Part shown: positions 37,374-49,200 of the stretch, in pieces
Layout: the number at the start of each line of letters is the position of its first letter
Position numbering within the stretch: position 1 is the stretch's first letter
Assembly (NCBI GenBank): GCA_963744145.1
Contig: CAVUSO010000001.1
Span: 1,600,001-1,664,000, forward strand
Direction of reading: 5' to 3'
DNA: 64,000 nucleotides
Origin: an uncultured cyanobacterium
GTDB taxonomy: Bacteria; Cyanobacteriota; Cyanobacteriia; Cyanobacteriales; CAWUOF01
Position numbers and translations under genes: made by a program
Notes under the pieces: generated by a model
What the model saw: the letters and a program-made list of their open reading frames with translations, nothing else
What the model was told of the DNA's origin: nothing
The model's database searches: none

Positions 37374-37835
37374 TTATTCAATATTTACAGCAGTGGTGGG
37401 CAATCGATAGCCATAAAAATTAATCCGATATTCAGTAATTTTTACTCCTGTTTGTTGTTCGACTTGCTTGAGTATATCGACAGGCAAATCTATATGTATA
37501 TCTAAAATTTGTTCCGTATCTATACAGTTGACATGGGAATGGCAATCATTTATATTACCATATAAACGACCATCCGATCGCTCTAAACATTCAATGATGC
37601 CCTGACTAGATAAAGCGTCTAAATTTTGATAGACAGAAGTATGACCGATCGCTCTTCCTTGCAGATTCAAGCGATCGTAAATTTCCCGAGCCGATAAATG
37701 TTCTTTTTCTTGCCAGAGCAGTTCTAAAATAAAGCGTCGTTGACGACTTAAACGCATCCCTAATGTTTGACAACGGTTAAGAGCTTCTTCTAAAGAGCGA
37801 ATTGGTTTCACAACTTTCGCCTCATCTTGAATCAT
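37374..37835 (-). CDS. furC: Fur-family regulator, FurC/PerR type
   Basis: RSLEEAL.RCQTLGMR.SRQRRFILELLWQ..EHLSAREIYDRL, GHTSVYQNL, HSHVNC recalled as the cyanobacterial FurC (PerR) pattern. Confidence 0.85.
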   Translation of the reverse strand: MIQDEAKVVKPIRSLEEALNRCQTLGMRLSRQRRFILELLWQEKEHLSAREIYDRLNLQGRAIGHTSVYQNLDALSSQGIIECLERSDGRLYGNINDCHSHVNCIDTEQILDIHIDLPVDILKQVEQQTGVKITEYRINFYGYRLPTTAVNIE

Positions 37836-38216
37836 ATTTTGACCTTGAGTAGTAGTAGCTGACTGGCTAAGACAAACTCATTACCACTTTAACCTAAATT
37901 GTCAAAATTTCCACTTCCACCGTCAGAGATACCTAAAAAAAAGGAGTGGTGGACAAGCAGAAAAATCGATTGACTAAACATTTATTTAACATAATTTTGG
38001 TTAAAATGTAAGGATCAGCTTGACAATTTAACTAGATTTGTGTTTTAAAAAGATAGTTGCAAAATTGATCCCTAGCGGGAAGTAGACAGTGTTGAACTAA
38101 TCGAGAGCGCCAGGTAAAATGGCCATTAGTTAACCGCTTGATCAAACCAATGTTTTATTTGTGGTTAAATTGATCACAAGATTGGGCTGAACCCTCTACC
38201 ACAGGAGTGACAGATC

Positions 38217-38486
38217 ATGAATCTAGAGAAAATTAGAAAATTGGTAGAAAAATATACAGTAGCAGATTTAGAAGCTACCATCCTCCGATTAGAAGCCTGT
38301 TTTATGCCCGATTTGCCAACCAGAGATCCAGTTTGTGGTAATTTAGCATCAGTAGAAGCTGATATGGAAGACTACGCTAAAGCCCTAACAATCCGCGAAA
38401 GAGTAGAAACACAAGGACTTTCTTTTCAGGAAGGAATTCGGGACTTAGCCAGTCGGATGCGCCGTTTTCCGGGAAGCAAAGTTTAA
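38217..38486 (+). CDS. Small hypothetical protein
   Basis: 89-aa ORF with AGGAG ribosome-binding site, 3 bp before the next gene. Confidence 0.7.
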   Translation: MNLEKIRKLVEKYTVADLEATILRLEACFMPDLPTRDPVCGNLASVEADMEDYAKALTIRERVETQGLSFQEGIRDLASRMRRFPGSKV

Positions 38487-38489
38487 AAT

Positions 38490-38969
38490 ATGAGTATTAA
38501 GATCACCATTAATCCAGATGAGATCGAAAAATTAGATATATCCCCCGTAGAAATAGTGATCGAAAAATTAGTGAAATCAGGGGCGATCGCCACCACTCTA
38601 CCAGAAATAAGCTTAGAAATCAACTATTCCCAGGACCCAGAAGATCCCAGAGAACTCTCCGAAATTGCTGAAATCCGGTTGTGGTTTATCCGTTTAGATG
38701 CAATTTATCCCTGGTTTCCCATTGTATTAGATTGGAAAGCGGGAGAATTATCTCGTTATGTCGCGATGTTAGTCCCTCATCAATTCCATCGGAAGGAAGG
38801 AATTCAATACAATCCAGAAGCATTAGAAATTTTTCTGATGCACAAAATTTTTATCTTGACTAACTGGTTAAATCAGCAAAACCTACCTAGTCGCTCCCGA
38901 CTCAAATCAATGGCTCAACTACTTGGTTATGAACTAGATGATCGCTTTTTTGATTTACTCAATTCTTAA
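38490..38969 (+). CDS. CRR6-family NDH-1 (NdhI) maturation factor
   Basis: DPRELSEI.EIRLWFIRLDA.YPW, GEL.RY.AMLVPHQF, NPEALEIF. Confidence 0.85.
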   Translation: MSIKITINPDEIEKLDISPVEIVIEKLVKSGAIATTLPEISLEINYSQDPEDPRELSEIAEIRLWFIRLDAIYPWFPIVLDWKAGELSRYVAMLVPHQFHRKEGIQYNPEALEIFLMHKIFILTNWLNQQNLPSRSRLKSMAQLLGYELDDRFFDLLNS

Positions 38970-39109
38970 ATTAATATAAATAATTAACCTGGCTCTTGAT
39001 CTTCCTGGTGGTGTTTGACCAAAAAATGTCACAAAAATCCTCATTAGTTGTTACAATAGTGGATTGCAGATAAAATGACCCCCAACCATTGGGGAAGAGA
39101 AAGAGAGTG

Positions 39110-40474
39110 ATGGCATTACCTATAGTAGCTATTATCGGACGTCCAAACGTGGGCAAATCAACTATAGTCAATCGTTTAGCTAGTGCTAAAGAAGCAATTG
39201 TCCATGATCTACCAGGAATGACCCGCGATCGCACCTACCAACTAGCTTATTGGTGCGATCGGGAATTTCAAGTAGTAGATACGGGTGGTCTAGTTTTTGA
39301 CGATGATACAGAATTTTTACCTCAAATTCGGGAACAAGCGATCGCTGCTCTAGCTGAATCGAGTGTAGCGATCTTTTTGGTCGATGGACAAGCTGGTTTG
39401 ACCGTTGGTGATGAAATCATTGCTGATTGGTTACGTCAACAAACCGTCCCCGTGTTAGTAGCAGTGAATAAATGTGAATCTCCTGAACAAGGATTAGCTC
39501 AAGCTGCTCAATTTTGGGAACTGGGATTAGGAGAACCCTATCCCATCTCTGGAATCCACGGTAATGGGACAGGAGAACTACTTGACGAACTGATCAACTA
39601 TTTACCACCAATCACAGAAGTTACCGATACCCCCAACGAAATTAGAGTAGCGATCGTGGGACGTCCTAATGTGGGGAAATCAAGTTTATTAAACTCATTT
39701 CTAGGAGAAAATCGAGCGATCGTGAGTCCAATTTCTGGTACTACTCGTGATGCAATTGATATGGTAGTAGAACACAATCAACAAACCTATCGTCTCATTG
39801 ATACAGCCGGAATTCGCAAAAAGAAAAACGTGGAATATGGACCAGAATTTTTTGGAATTAATCGTGCCTTAAAAGCAATTCGTCGTTGTGATGTAGCCTT
39901 ATTAGTAATTGATGCGATCGATGGGGTGACAGAACAAGATCAAAAACTAGCAGGAAGAATCACAGAAGATGGCAGAGCTTGTGTAATTGTGGTGAATAAA
40001 TGGGATGCGATCGAAAAAGACTCCCACACAATTTATGAATATGAAAGACAGCTCAAAGACCGATTACATTTTCTCGATTGGGCAGAAATGATTTTTGTGA
40101 GCGCATTAAGTGGTCAAAGAGTCGAAAAAATTCTTGATTTAGTTAATATTGCAGCCGAACAACATAAACGTCGCGTCAGCACTTCGGTGATTAATGAAGT
40201 TTTGGAAGAAGCATTGAGATGGCACTCTCCTCCTAGCACCAGACAAGGACGTCAGGGGAAAATTTATTATGGTACTCAAGTTAGTGCCCAACCCCCCAGT
40301 ATTGCTTTATTTGTTAACGATCCGCAGCGTTTTAACGAAAACTATCGCAAATATATCGAACGACAATTTCGTCAACAATTAGGTTTTACTGGTACACCGA
40401 TCCGACTATTTTGGCGCGGTAAAAAAGTGCGTGAAGCTGAAGCGATTACTAAAAATCGTGCGACTCGGGTTTAA
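39110..40474 (+). CDS. der: Ribosome biogenesis GTPase Der
   Basis: Two G domains (GRPNVGKS twice, DTGG/DTAG, NKCE/NKWD) and a KH-like C-terminus. Confidence 0.97.
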   Translation: MALPIVAIIGRPNVGKSTIVNRLASAKEAIVHDLPGMTRDRTYQLAYWCDREFQVVDTGGLVFDDDTEFLPQIREQAIAALAESSVAIFLVDGQAGLTVGDEIIADWLRQQTVPVLVAVNKCESPEQGLAQAAQFWELGLGEPYPISGIHGNGTGELLDELINYLPPITEVTDTPNEIRVAIVGRPNVGKSSLLNSFLGENRAIVSPISGTTRDAIDMVVEHNQQTYRLIDTAGIRKKKNVEYGPEFFGINRALKAIRRCDVALLVIDAIDGVTEQDQKLAGRITEDGRACVIVVNKWDAIEKDSHTIYEYERQLKDRLHFLDWAEMIFVSALSGQRVEKILDLVNIAAEQHKRRVSTSVINEVLEEALRWHSPPSTRQGRQGKIYYGTQVSAQPPSIALFVNDPQRFNENYRKYIERQFRQQLGFTGTPIRLFWRGKKVREAEAITKNRATRV

Positions 40475-40530
40475 TTAGCAATCGGCCCATGTTTAAGTGT
40501 GCGCCACTACTTTTTTGAGTATTAATCAAC

Positions 40531-41550
40531 ATGGATTTATTGCGATCGCTACCAATCGGACTGTATTTAGAACAACCAATTACTTGGCTCCATCAGCTCG
40601 ATCCGAGAGTAAAATTAGCATGGTTGATGACTTTTTTAGTAATCCCGTTGCTAGCTAATCCCCTGTGGAGAATTGCGGTGGTGGGATTACTGATTGTGAT
40701 TACTTTAACAGCAAAAATTCCCTGGCGAGTCTGGCGTCAACAAATTGGTTGGTTAATGGTATTAAGTATATGGGTGTTAATTTTAGCATCCTTTGCTCCT
40801 GACGGGCTCGACACCGAATATCAACCACGTTTACCAGCAGATGAACTCGGTTTTGTCCAAAAATCTTTACCAGAAGCGATCGCGGCTAGACCCTGGTACA
40901 ATCCTTTTGGTTGGGGAGAAAAAACTAATAACTCCCAGCCAAAAATTCCTGAGCCAAAATCTCTAATTGACTTACCTCAACCAACATCCTACAGATATAT
41001 TCTATTTCAAAAAGGACCACTGCGAATTAGTCGTCATTCCTTAGATATGGCGATTCGGATTAGTACCTTACTTTTTACCCTGATTTACAGTACGAATCTT
41101 TATCTATTAACAACTGCTCCGGAAGAAATTACGGCTGGATTGGAAAGTTTAATGCTACCATTAAAACGATTGAACTGGCCAATTACCGAAATTATTCTGA
41201 CTTTAACTCTATCTTTGCGGTTTATTCCGCTCGTGTTAGAAGAAATTCAAAATTTAGTGCGTTCTGTGCAAACAAGAGCAATTAATTGGCAGAAATTAGG
41301 TTTTCGTAAAGCACTACAAGTGTGGATGTTGGTAGCAGTAAGATTATTAGAAAATTTATTATTGCGAGCTGAACAAATTGCTAGTGCGATGCAAGTTCGC
41401 GGTTTTACCAGTCCGAATCAACATCGAGTACAATGGTATAAATTAAGTTTGAAAATAGTTGATTGGTTATCTTTAGCATTCTTAGGTTTAGTCTGGGGAG
41501 TGAGGATACTTTGGGGAGGAGAATCCTTTGATCTTAGTTCACTACTTTGA
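40531..41550 (+). CDS. ECF transporter transmembrane T component (CbiQ/EcfT family)
   Basis: LDPRVKL, TT.PEEI..GL, LSLRFIP, AM.VRG. Confidence 0.9.
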   Translation: MDLLRSLPIGLYLEQPITWLHQLDPRVKLAWLMTFLVIPLLANPLWRIAVVGLLIVITLTAKIPWRVWRQQIGWLMVLSIWVLILASFAPDGLDTEYQPRLPADELGFVQKSLPEAIAARPWYNPFGWGEKTNNSQPKIPEPKSLIDLPQPTSYRYILFQKGPLRISRHSLDMAIRISTLLFTLIYSTNLYLLTTAPEEITAGLESLMLPLKRLNWPITEIILTLTLSLRFIPLVLEEIQNLVRSVQTRAINWQKLGFRKALQVWMLVAVRLLENLLLRAEQIASAMQVRGFTSPNQHRVQWYKLSLKIVDWLSLAFLGLVWGVRILWGGESFDLSSLL

Positions 41551-41604
41551 GATGAGTTCTGATTACCACTTTTGAGGGCTGTTTCATTCTGCTCGAAGAA
41601 TTTG

Positions 41605-41642
41605 ACCTCTCCCCCAACCCCTCTCCTAGGAGGAGAGGGGAG
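41605..41642. repeat. Short palindromic dispersed repeat, possibly a bidirectional terminator
   Basis: acctctcccccaacccctctcctaggaggagaggggag; stem cccctctcct/aggagagggg between convergent genes. Confidence 0.6.
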
Positions 41643-41777
41643 CAAAATTAATCTGATTAAATTACTTAATGCTTTTCTTTAGATATAGAGGTTCTCAATT
41701 TAGAGAAATATATTTTATTTGAGAACCGCTATAACTATCCAACTTAAAACTCAAAACATTTTCTACCTATAAAAATA

Positions 41778-42269
41778 TTAATAATATATCTTGCCACCTC
41801 CCCATTTGTTGCCAACAATTTTCGGCTGAAGTAGAATATGTCCTGCAATGCTTTTAAGATCCTCATCTGTGAGATTTCTCATTTGCGCGAAAATATTAGC
41901 ACTCTTCATACTAGGGTGAAGTTCAGAGATTTCTATCTCACCATCATAAGTGGTAGGATTTTTCAAATAATCTACTAGACTTTCAATATTGTTGCGTGGA
42001 GGAGTTGCATGAGCAAGTGTTTCGGGATCTAACCCAACATTTTGGTTAGTTTTTGTTACACCTCCAGCATGACATTGAGCACAAGCAAAATTAAAGAGTC
42101 GTTTGCCTTCCTTTACTTGTTGTAAACTCAGAACAGTTGTGTCTCCTTGTCCATTAAAAGGAACTGTACGGATATCTACATCCATTTCGAGTGCTGTCGC
42201 TCCACTAACAAAAATTTGTAATGAAAAGAGCAAGGTAGCAAAAATTAAGCAGATGGATTTTTTCAGCAT
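41778..42269 (-). CDS. psbV: Photosystem II cytochrome c550
   Basis: Signal peptide from ATG 42269 (GAGG upstream), CAQCH haem motif, NPTTYDGE, WGGGKIYY. Confidence 0.96.
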   Translation of the reverse strand: MLKKSICLIFATLLFSLQIFVSGATALEMDVDIRTVPFNGQGDTTVLSLQQVKEGKRLFNFACAQCHAGGVTKTNQNVGLDPETLAHATPPRNNIESLVDYLKNPTTYDGEIEISELHPSMKSANIFAQMRNLTDEDLKSIAGHILLQPKIVGNKWGGGKIYY

Positions 42270-42452
42270 GATTTTCCTCAAAAGATTTGGCTTGAATGAT
42301 TGAAGAATCGAGAAATTAGGCTCAATGCCATTAGCAAACACTTGATCAGAGCAAGTAGATTAAAAACAGATTAATACCAATTTCCTCTCCTTAGCACTAC
42401 AGATAACTGCTCTAGACCAAGGGCAGGTTTGTCCCTCGATGAGAGTAATTAT

Positions 42453-43844
42453 CCCTATGATTGTCACTCTAGATAAAGTATAATAGAGACAATAAGCTAA
42501 AAGTCTGATCTGATATATGGTAGAACCAAAATCAAGCCCTCAAACAGTCAGCTTTATCGATGACTATTGTCAATATTATCAAAAGCTGTTTCCAGAAGTG
42601 AGAAGCTTTACAGCTTTTAAATATTTGCAGATCGGGTTACTTTCGGAATTAAAACGGAAATCCTTACCAGAAATTGCGAAACTGGTTGGGTTAAAAAATT
42701 CCCAATCATTACACCATTTTTTCCAAAACTCGCCCTGGTCAGCCGAGCCATTAAAATTAGCGCGATTGCAATTAATCTTAAAATTTTCAATGGCAGAGAA
42801 ATTACTGCGATCGTTGATGAAACAGGAGACCCAAAAACAGGAAAAACTACAGATGATGTCAAGCGACAATATATTGGGAACTTGGGTCAGCTAGAAAACG
42901 GAATTGTAGCGGTAACGGTATATGGTTTAATTGATAACTTAACTATTCCTCTGACCTTTGAAGTTGATCAACCGCAAGAGCGACTAAAACCAGGAGATAA
43001 ATATAAAAGTAAACCACAACTAGCTGGTGAAATGCTACAAGAACTCCGGGGGATGGGATTTAATTTTAAATTAGTTTTAGCAGATAGCTGATCGGGTTGA
43101 AAGTGGCAGTAATTTTATTAGTCTATTAGATGAATTACAGCTTAATTTTGTGATGGCAATCCGGAGTAACCACAAGGTGCTGATGGCAAAAGGCCAAAAA
43201 GTTCGGAAGAATAGATGGCGGAAATTTGAGCGAGTTTTTACCAATGGAAAAACTCAAGAGCGATAGATAAGAGAAATAATTTTTGGTCAACGTCGTTGTG
43301 ATCAATATTGGCAAATTACGACAGACAAAGAGGAATTACCTCAGAATGAGACTTGGTATGTAATAACCAAAGTTCCGGGAATTAAGTATGAGCAAGTTGG
43401 TCAATTCTATGGATTAAGAACATGGGTAGAATATGGGTTAAAGCCAAGTAAAAACTCCTTGGGATAGGCCGATTTCCGGCTCACGGATGATCAAGAAATT
43501 GAAAAATGGTGGGAATTAGTCTGTAGTGCTTATTTATTGGTGAGTCTTTATTCATCATCATTAGGATCACCGAGTGCTATGAATGAAACTAAATTTTCTG
43601 CTCATTCCCACTGGTGTCCGCCTAATAACTGGAATAATTTGCTGAATAATTTACGTTTAATTATCCAGCCTTTTATCGGTTTTAATCTGATTAAACTTTG
43701 GTTAGATGTTTTTCCAATTCCACAATTATCCTGGGGTTTTCCGAGACTAATTGCCCTGATGAATGAGTTTCCTAGTTGCTTAGATTTTAATGCTTTTGAG
43801 CTTGACCTATATTTTTCCTCTGCTAGCGAGTGACAATCATAGGG
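42453..43844 (+). mobile_element. Degenerate IS701-family insertion sequence
   Basis: 17-bp perfect terminal inverted repeats ccctatgattgtcactc (42453-42469) / gagtgacaatcataggg (43828-43844). Confidence 0.85.
42517..43833 (+). pseudogene. IS701-family transposase pseudogene
   Basis: Fragments FPEVRSF, RKSLPEIAK..GL.N.QSLHHF, IVDETG, ENGIVAV, VLADS, LRTWVEYG, IEKWWELV are spread over several frames with internal stops. Confidence 0.88.
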
Positions 43845-44815
43845 CTATTTTTAAAAACCAATCAGTGAGTGCTCAACACCTGACGGTATCAAAGGTTAGG
43901 AAACAAGTGTTTAGTAAAAGAAATAATACCAATATATCGTGCTCAACACCTGACGGTATCAAAGGTTAGGAAACTTGCATTTAGCAATTAGGGAACTATC
44001 ACGCATATGTGCTCAACACCTGACGGTATCAAAGGTTAGGAAACCAACTCCATCCTGAACTATCCGAATGATACGATTGTGTGCTCAACACCTGACGGTA
44101 TCAAAGGTTAGGAAACTGGCAATTTCGCCAATTTGGTTGACCCAGTCAGCCGTGCTCAACACCTGACGGTATCAAAGGTTAGGAAACTTCCTTGCTCGTG
44201 ATAGGTTTGTTACCATTTTCGGGTGCTCAACACCTGACGGTATCAAAGGTTAGGAAACCTGCTTGACAATTTGTGGATAGTCGTGCATAATATATAGTGC
44301 TCAACACCTGACGGTATCAAAGGTTAGGAAACAAGTTTTCGTGCAGCAAAAATTAACCTACCGAGCCGTGCTCAACACCTGACGGTATCAAAGGTTAGGA
44401 AACAGCCCACCTAGATTCTACCGCTTCTAGTCCACCCTTGTGCTCAACACCTGACGGTATCAAAGGTTAGGAAACGCACTAGCCTGGTCCAAATCCCTAG
44501 AAATCGTTCGCTCGTGCTCAACACCTGACGGTATCAAAGGTTAGGAAACCTTCAAATCTTTTTCTGTGATCTGACAAACTCTCAACCATGTGCTCAACAC
44601 CTGACGGTATCAAAGGTTAGGAAACGAAAGTATAGCTCGGACATTCGGAAATATTTGAGGGTGCTCAACACCTGACGGTATCAAAGGTTAGGAAACTAGC
44701 TATCAGGAAGCTTCACCGCGGAGCTTGTAGATGTGCTCAACACCTGACGGTATCAAAGGTTAGGAAACCAATTAATCTTGTCTTTCTTTTTTCAACATAG
44801 AAGGTGCTCAACACC

Positions 44816-46288
44816 CAATACGGTTCGGTTAAGCTAAAAATCAGGTAAAATGAAAGTGTCACCTAAATGGAATGAGTAGGAATGCAGCTCAAAGAATTCA
44901 CTGTAATATCACCTGTGGTCGAATCAGGGATGATCCTCAAAGCGTTAGAAACAGCGATTCCATCGACAGCAATTGAAAAAGCCATTGAAGATACCAATAG
45001 AAAAGAGGAACGACAAAGAGCATTACCAACGCATCTGGTTATCTGTCTAATCATTGGGATGAGTCTATGGTCTAGGGGGTCAATGAGGACAGTGTTGAAA
45101 AATCTGGTTGATGGCTTAAATGAAGCATGGGTCAGAGTTAGTTATTATTGGCGAATACCATGTAAATCATCAATTACAGAAGCTAGACAGCGAGTAGGTG
45201 CAGGGGTAATGCGGCATCTGTTTCACATAGTAGTTAGACCACAGGCTACTAGGGAAACCCCAGGGGCTTTTTTAGGTGAAAAGCGAATTATGGCTGTAGA
45301 TGGAACAGTGTTTGATGTGCCAGATAGCGACACAAATGCCAGAGTATTTGGATATCCAGCTAGTCGTCCTGGAACTAGAGCCGCGTTTCCCAAGGTGCGT
45401 TTGGTTCTATTGATTGAAGCAGGAACACATTTAATTGTAGATGCCTTGATCTGCCCTTACCGAATCGGTGAGCGAGTCAGAGTGAAAAGGTTACTACGGT
45501 CAGTCACCACTGGAATGTTATTAATGTGGGATCGTGGATTGCATTCTTATGCAATGGTGCAAGCCACCTTGTCCCAAAAATGTGATTATTTGGGACGCAT
45601 CCCCAAAAATGTTAAATTTCCTGTGGAGCAGGTATTGGATGATGGTTCCTATCTCTCCTGGATTGCTCCCGACGGCAAGTCGAAAAAACAGGGCATGACC
45701 AAAATTATGGTTCGAGTCATTGAATACACTATTGATAATGGCGAAGCACAAACTTACCGTCTGATTACCAGTTTGACGGACATCGCTTTATTTCCAGCTT
45801 TATTATTAGCCACAGAATATCATCGTCGTTGGGAAGTTGAAAATACTATCGATGAATTGAAGGTTCATCAATTGGGACGTAAAACTCTGATTCGTTCTCT
45901 TCATCCCCGTGAAGTGGTTCAGGAAATTTATGGTTGGCTCCTCGGACATTGGGCGGTTCGTTCTCTCATGTTGACCGACGGCCACCTCTGCTCACATCTC
46001 CCCTTTACGATTGAGTTTTACTGGTACTCTCAATGTTGTCCGTCGTGCTATTCCCAAATTTCAGCGCCTTCAACCAGAAGAATTTCCCCTTTTTTTTAGT
46101 TGGTTGATCAGGGAAATTTTGGATGAACCAATTCCCAAACGTGAAGGTAGAAGTAACCCTCGTGTTATTAAAAAAACTCGCGCCAAATTTCCATCCAAGA
46201 AACCAATTCATAGAGGTCAGGGAGTTAAACATGAAACCCTCAATTTTTCTATCCTCAATACTGCTTAAAGCTTAACCGAACCGTATTG
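44816..46288 (+). mobile_element. IS4-family insertion sequence (1473 bp) inserted inside a CRISPR repeat
   Basis: 20-bp perfect inverted repeats caatacggttcggttaagct (44816-44835) / agcttaaccgaaccgtattg (46269-46288); 10-bp target duplication gctcaacacc (44806-44815, 46289-46298). Confidence 0.95.
44882..46268 (+). pseudogene. IS4-family DDE transposase with a frameshift near 45970-45980
   Basis: AVDGT, WDRG and the Y-(2)-R-(3)-E-(6)-K signature YHRRWEVENTIDELK; the C-terminus (ISPLRLSFTGTLNVVRR...NPRVIK) continues in another frame. Confidence 0.88.
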
Positions 46289-49200
46289 GCTCAACACCTG
46301 ACGGTATCAAAGGTTAGGAAACATTTGTAACAAAACAAATCGATAACTCATAGTTACGTGCTCAACACCTGACGGTATCAAAGGTTAGGAAACAACCAAC
46401 TGACTAGTAAACTTTTGCGGATCAAGTTGTGCTCAACACCTGACGGTATCAAAGGTTAGGAAACCTATCCAAAAATTTCTGACAATAATACTGGGTCAAT
46501 GTGCTCAACACCTGACGGTATCAAAGGTTAGGAAACTCATCTAGATTTAGGCTGGGAAACGTTTGTTTTACGTGCTCAACACCTGACGGTATCAAAGGTT
46601 AGGAAACTATCCAATGGATGGACATCCTTAATGTAACTGGGGTGCTCAACACCTGACGGTATCAAAGGTTAGGAAACTAATTCATCCGAAACTAACAATA
46701 ATTCCTTAGCTTGTTGTGCTCAACACCTGACGGTATCAAAGGTTAGGAAACACAAATCAGATGGAAAAACCAAAGCAGCTAGTCTTGCGTGCTCAACACC
46801 TGACGGTATCAAAGGTTAGGAAACTTGGAATTGACTAGATAGCAAGAATGAACATGACTATGTGCTCAACACCTGACGGTATCAAAGGTTAGGAAACAGT
46901 CCCAAGATGATACTTTTGCTGATGATATTTATCGGTGCTCAACACCTGACGGTATCAAAGGTTAGGAAACAGTCCTGATTTTACAGGAATTATTAATTAT
47001 ATAAAGTGCTCAACACCTGACGGTATCAAAGGTTAGGAAACTTTGGGTAACGAGTGGTTTATTCGGGATGTCGTACGTGCTCAACACCTGACGGTATCAA
47101 AGGTTAGGAAACACTTTTTTCGCTCGCACTTGGGGCAAGTTTTATAATCGTGCTCAACACCTGACGGTATCAAAGGTTAGGAAACGCTCGCAGCTTGGCA
47201 ATACAGTGATTCTTATATAATGTGCTCAACACCTGACGGTATCAAAGGTTAGGAAACCCCCAAGTCCGGACAATACTGCACTGGCACTAAGAATGTGCTC
47301 AACACCTGACGGTATCAAAGGTTAGGAAACTAGCTGATGAAGCTCATACAGTTTGTTTTTTTGCTGGTGCTCAACACCTGACGGTATCAAAGGTTAGGAA
47401 ACTAATTGTTCTATTTTGTTTTGTTTATCTTTCAACCGTGCTCAACACCTGACGGTATCAAAGGTTAGGAAACCAGGCAAAAACTTGTCTTTTTCCCAAT
47501 CATGTCTTAGTGCTCAACACCTGACGGTATCAAAGGTTAGGAAACTTGCCCCTAAATGCCATTCATTAGGTGGGTAATAATGTGCTCAACACCTGACGGT
47601 ATCAAAGGTTAGGAAACTTATACGCCCCATAATAGTTTTCTGGGGATTTTAACGTGCTCAACACCTGACGGTATCAAAGGTTAGGAAACACCTCCGGAGA
47701 GATGGGAAAAAATTCCTAATTATCATGTGCTCAACACCTGACGGTATCAAAGGTTAGGAAACGATTGGTCAGCAAGAGAAGCGGCGAAAAATGCTGCTGT
47801 GCTCAACACCTGACGGTATCAAAGGTTAGGAAACGTCGGATAGATGTGTCGAGCTTTTTCGCTCAGATGTGCTCAACACCTGACGGTATCAAAGGTTAGG
47901 AAACACTCATTTTGGAGAAAAGATAAAAATCTTAACTTGTGCTCAACACCTGACGGTATCAAAGGTTAGGAAACTTCAAACATTACCCACGATTAACGAC
48001 TGGGATATGGTGCTCAACACCTGACGGTATCAAAGGTTAGGAAACTGAGGAACTAATAGAAAGTAACGGATATGAAAGAACGTGCTCAACACCTGACGGT
48101 ATCAAAGGTTAGGAAACTGATTTGATAGCTAACGATCGCGACCGAATTTGGATGTGCTCAACACCTGACGGTATCAAAGGTTAGGAAACAATCATCAAGC
48201 GGAGAAACTAAGAGAGCTTTTAGCGTGCTCAACACCTGACGGTATCAAAGGTTAGGAAACAAGAGCAGCCCGTAACGAATCTTTGCCGTTATTACGTGCT
48301 CAACACCTGACGGTATCAAAGGTTAGGAAACTACTGCATTATCTGGAAAGCCTCGTAATCCATAAGTCGTGCTCAACACCTGACGGTATCAAAGGTTAGG
48401 AAACACTTGACACAAGTCATAAAGACGTGCCATGATGTCGTGCTCAACACCTGACGGTATCAAAGGTTAGGAAACGAAGTTCATCCTTCAAATTGGCTAA
48501 GGATTGATAAGGTGCTCAACACCTGACGGTATCAAAGGTTAGGAAACAGTTCCCGGAACTACAAGTATTATTTTAAATAGTCGTGCTCAACACCTGACGG
48601 TATCAAAGGTTAGGAAACGGTAATTTATTTGTACCATCTACCTTGTCATTATCGTGCTCAACACCTGACGGTATCAAAGGTTAGGAAACTCGCTTGTTCA
48701 AGAATACGATCGGTTATGGGGGAAGTGCTCAACACCTGACGGTATCAAAGGTTAGGAAACACAGAAATCGATCAACTCCGCCGCGAACGAGATAAGTGCT
48801 CAACACCTGACGGTATCAAAGGTTAGGAAACAAGGGTTCCTGCTGGTATCCGCTTTCAGCGAGATGTGCTCAACACCTGACGGTATCAAAGGTTAGGAAA
48901 CATGGGGTCGTAGGTGCTGGAGTTACAGCCGCGTTAGTGTGCTCAACACCTGACGGTATCAAAGGTTAGGAAACAATTACCTTGACTTTTAGTCCCAGTC
49001 CCATCTACCCGTGCTCAACACCTGACGGTATCAAAGGTTAGGAAACATGGCTTGTGCTTTCGCACTTGAGCTAAATGTTGCTGTGCTCAACACCTGACGG
49101 TATCAAAGGTTAGGAAACCGTCCTACGCCACCAGGACAAACACCCCCTCCGCTCGTGCTCAACACCTGACGGTATCAAAGGTTAGGAAACGCGAAAAAGA

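Noticed and set aside
42407..42442. ctgctctagacc resembles the repeat start gtgctcaacacc, a possible degenerate trailer repeat beyond IS701
   Set aside because: Only 9/12 match, the remaining 24 positions do not align and the repeat hairpin is absent.
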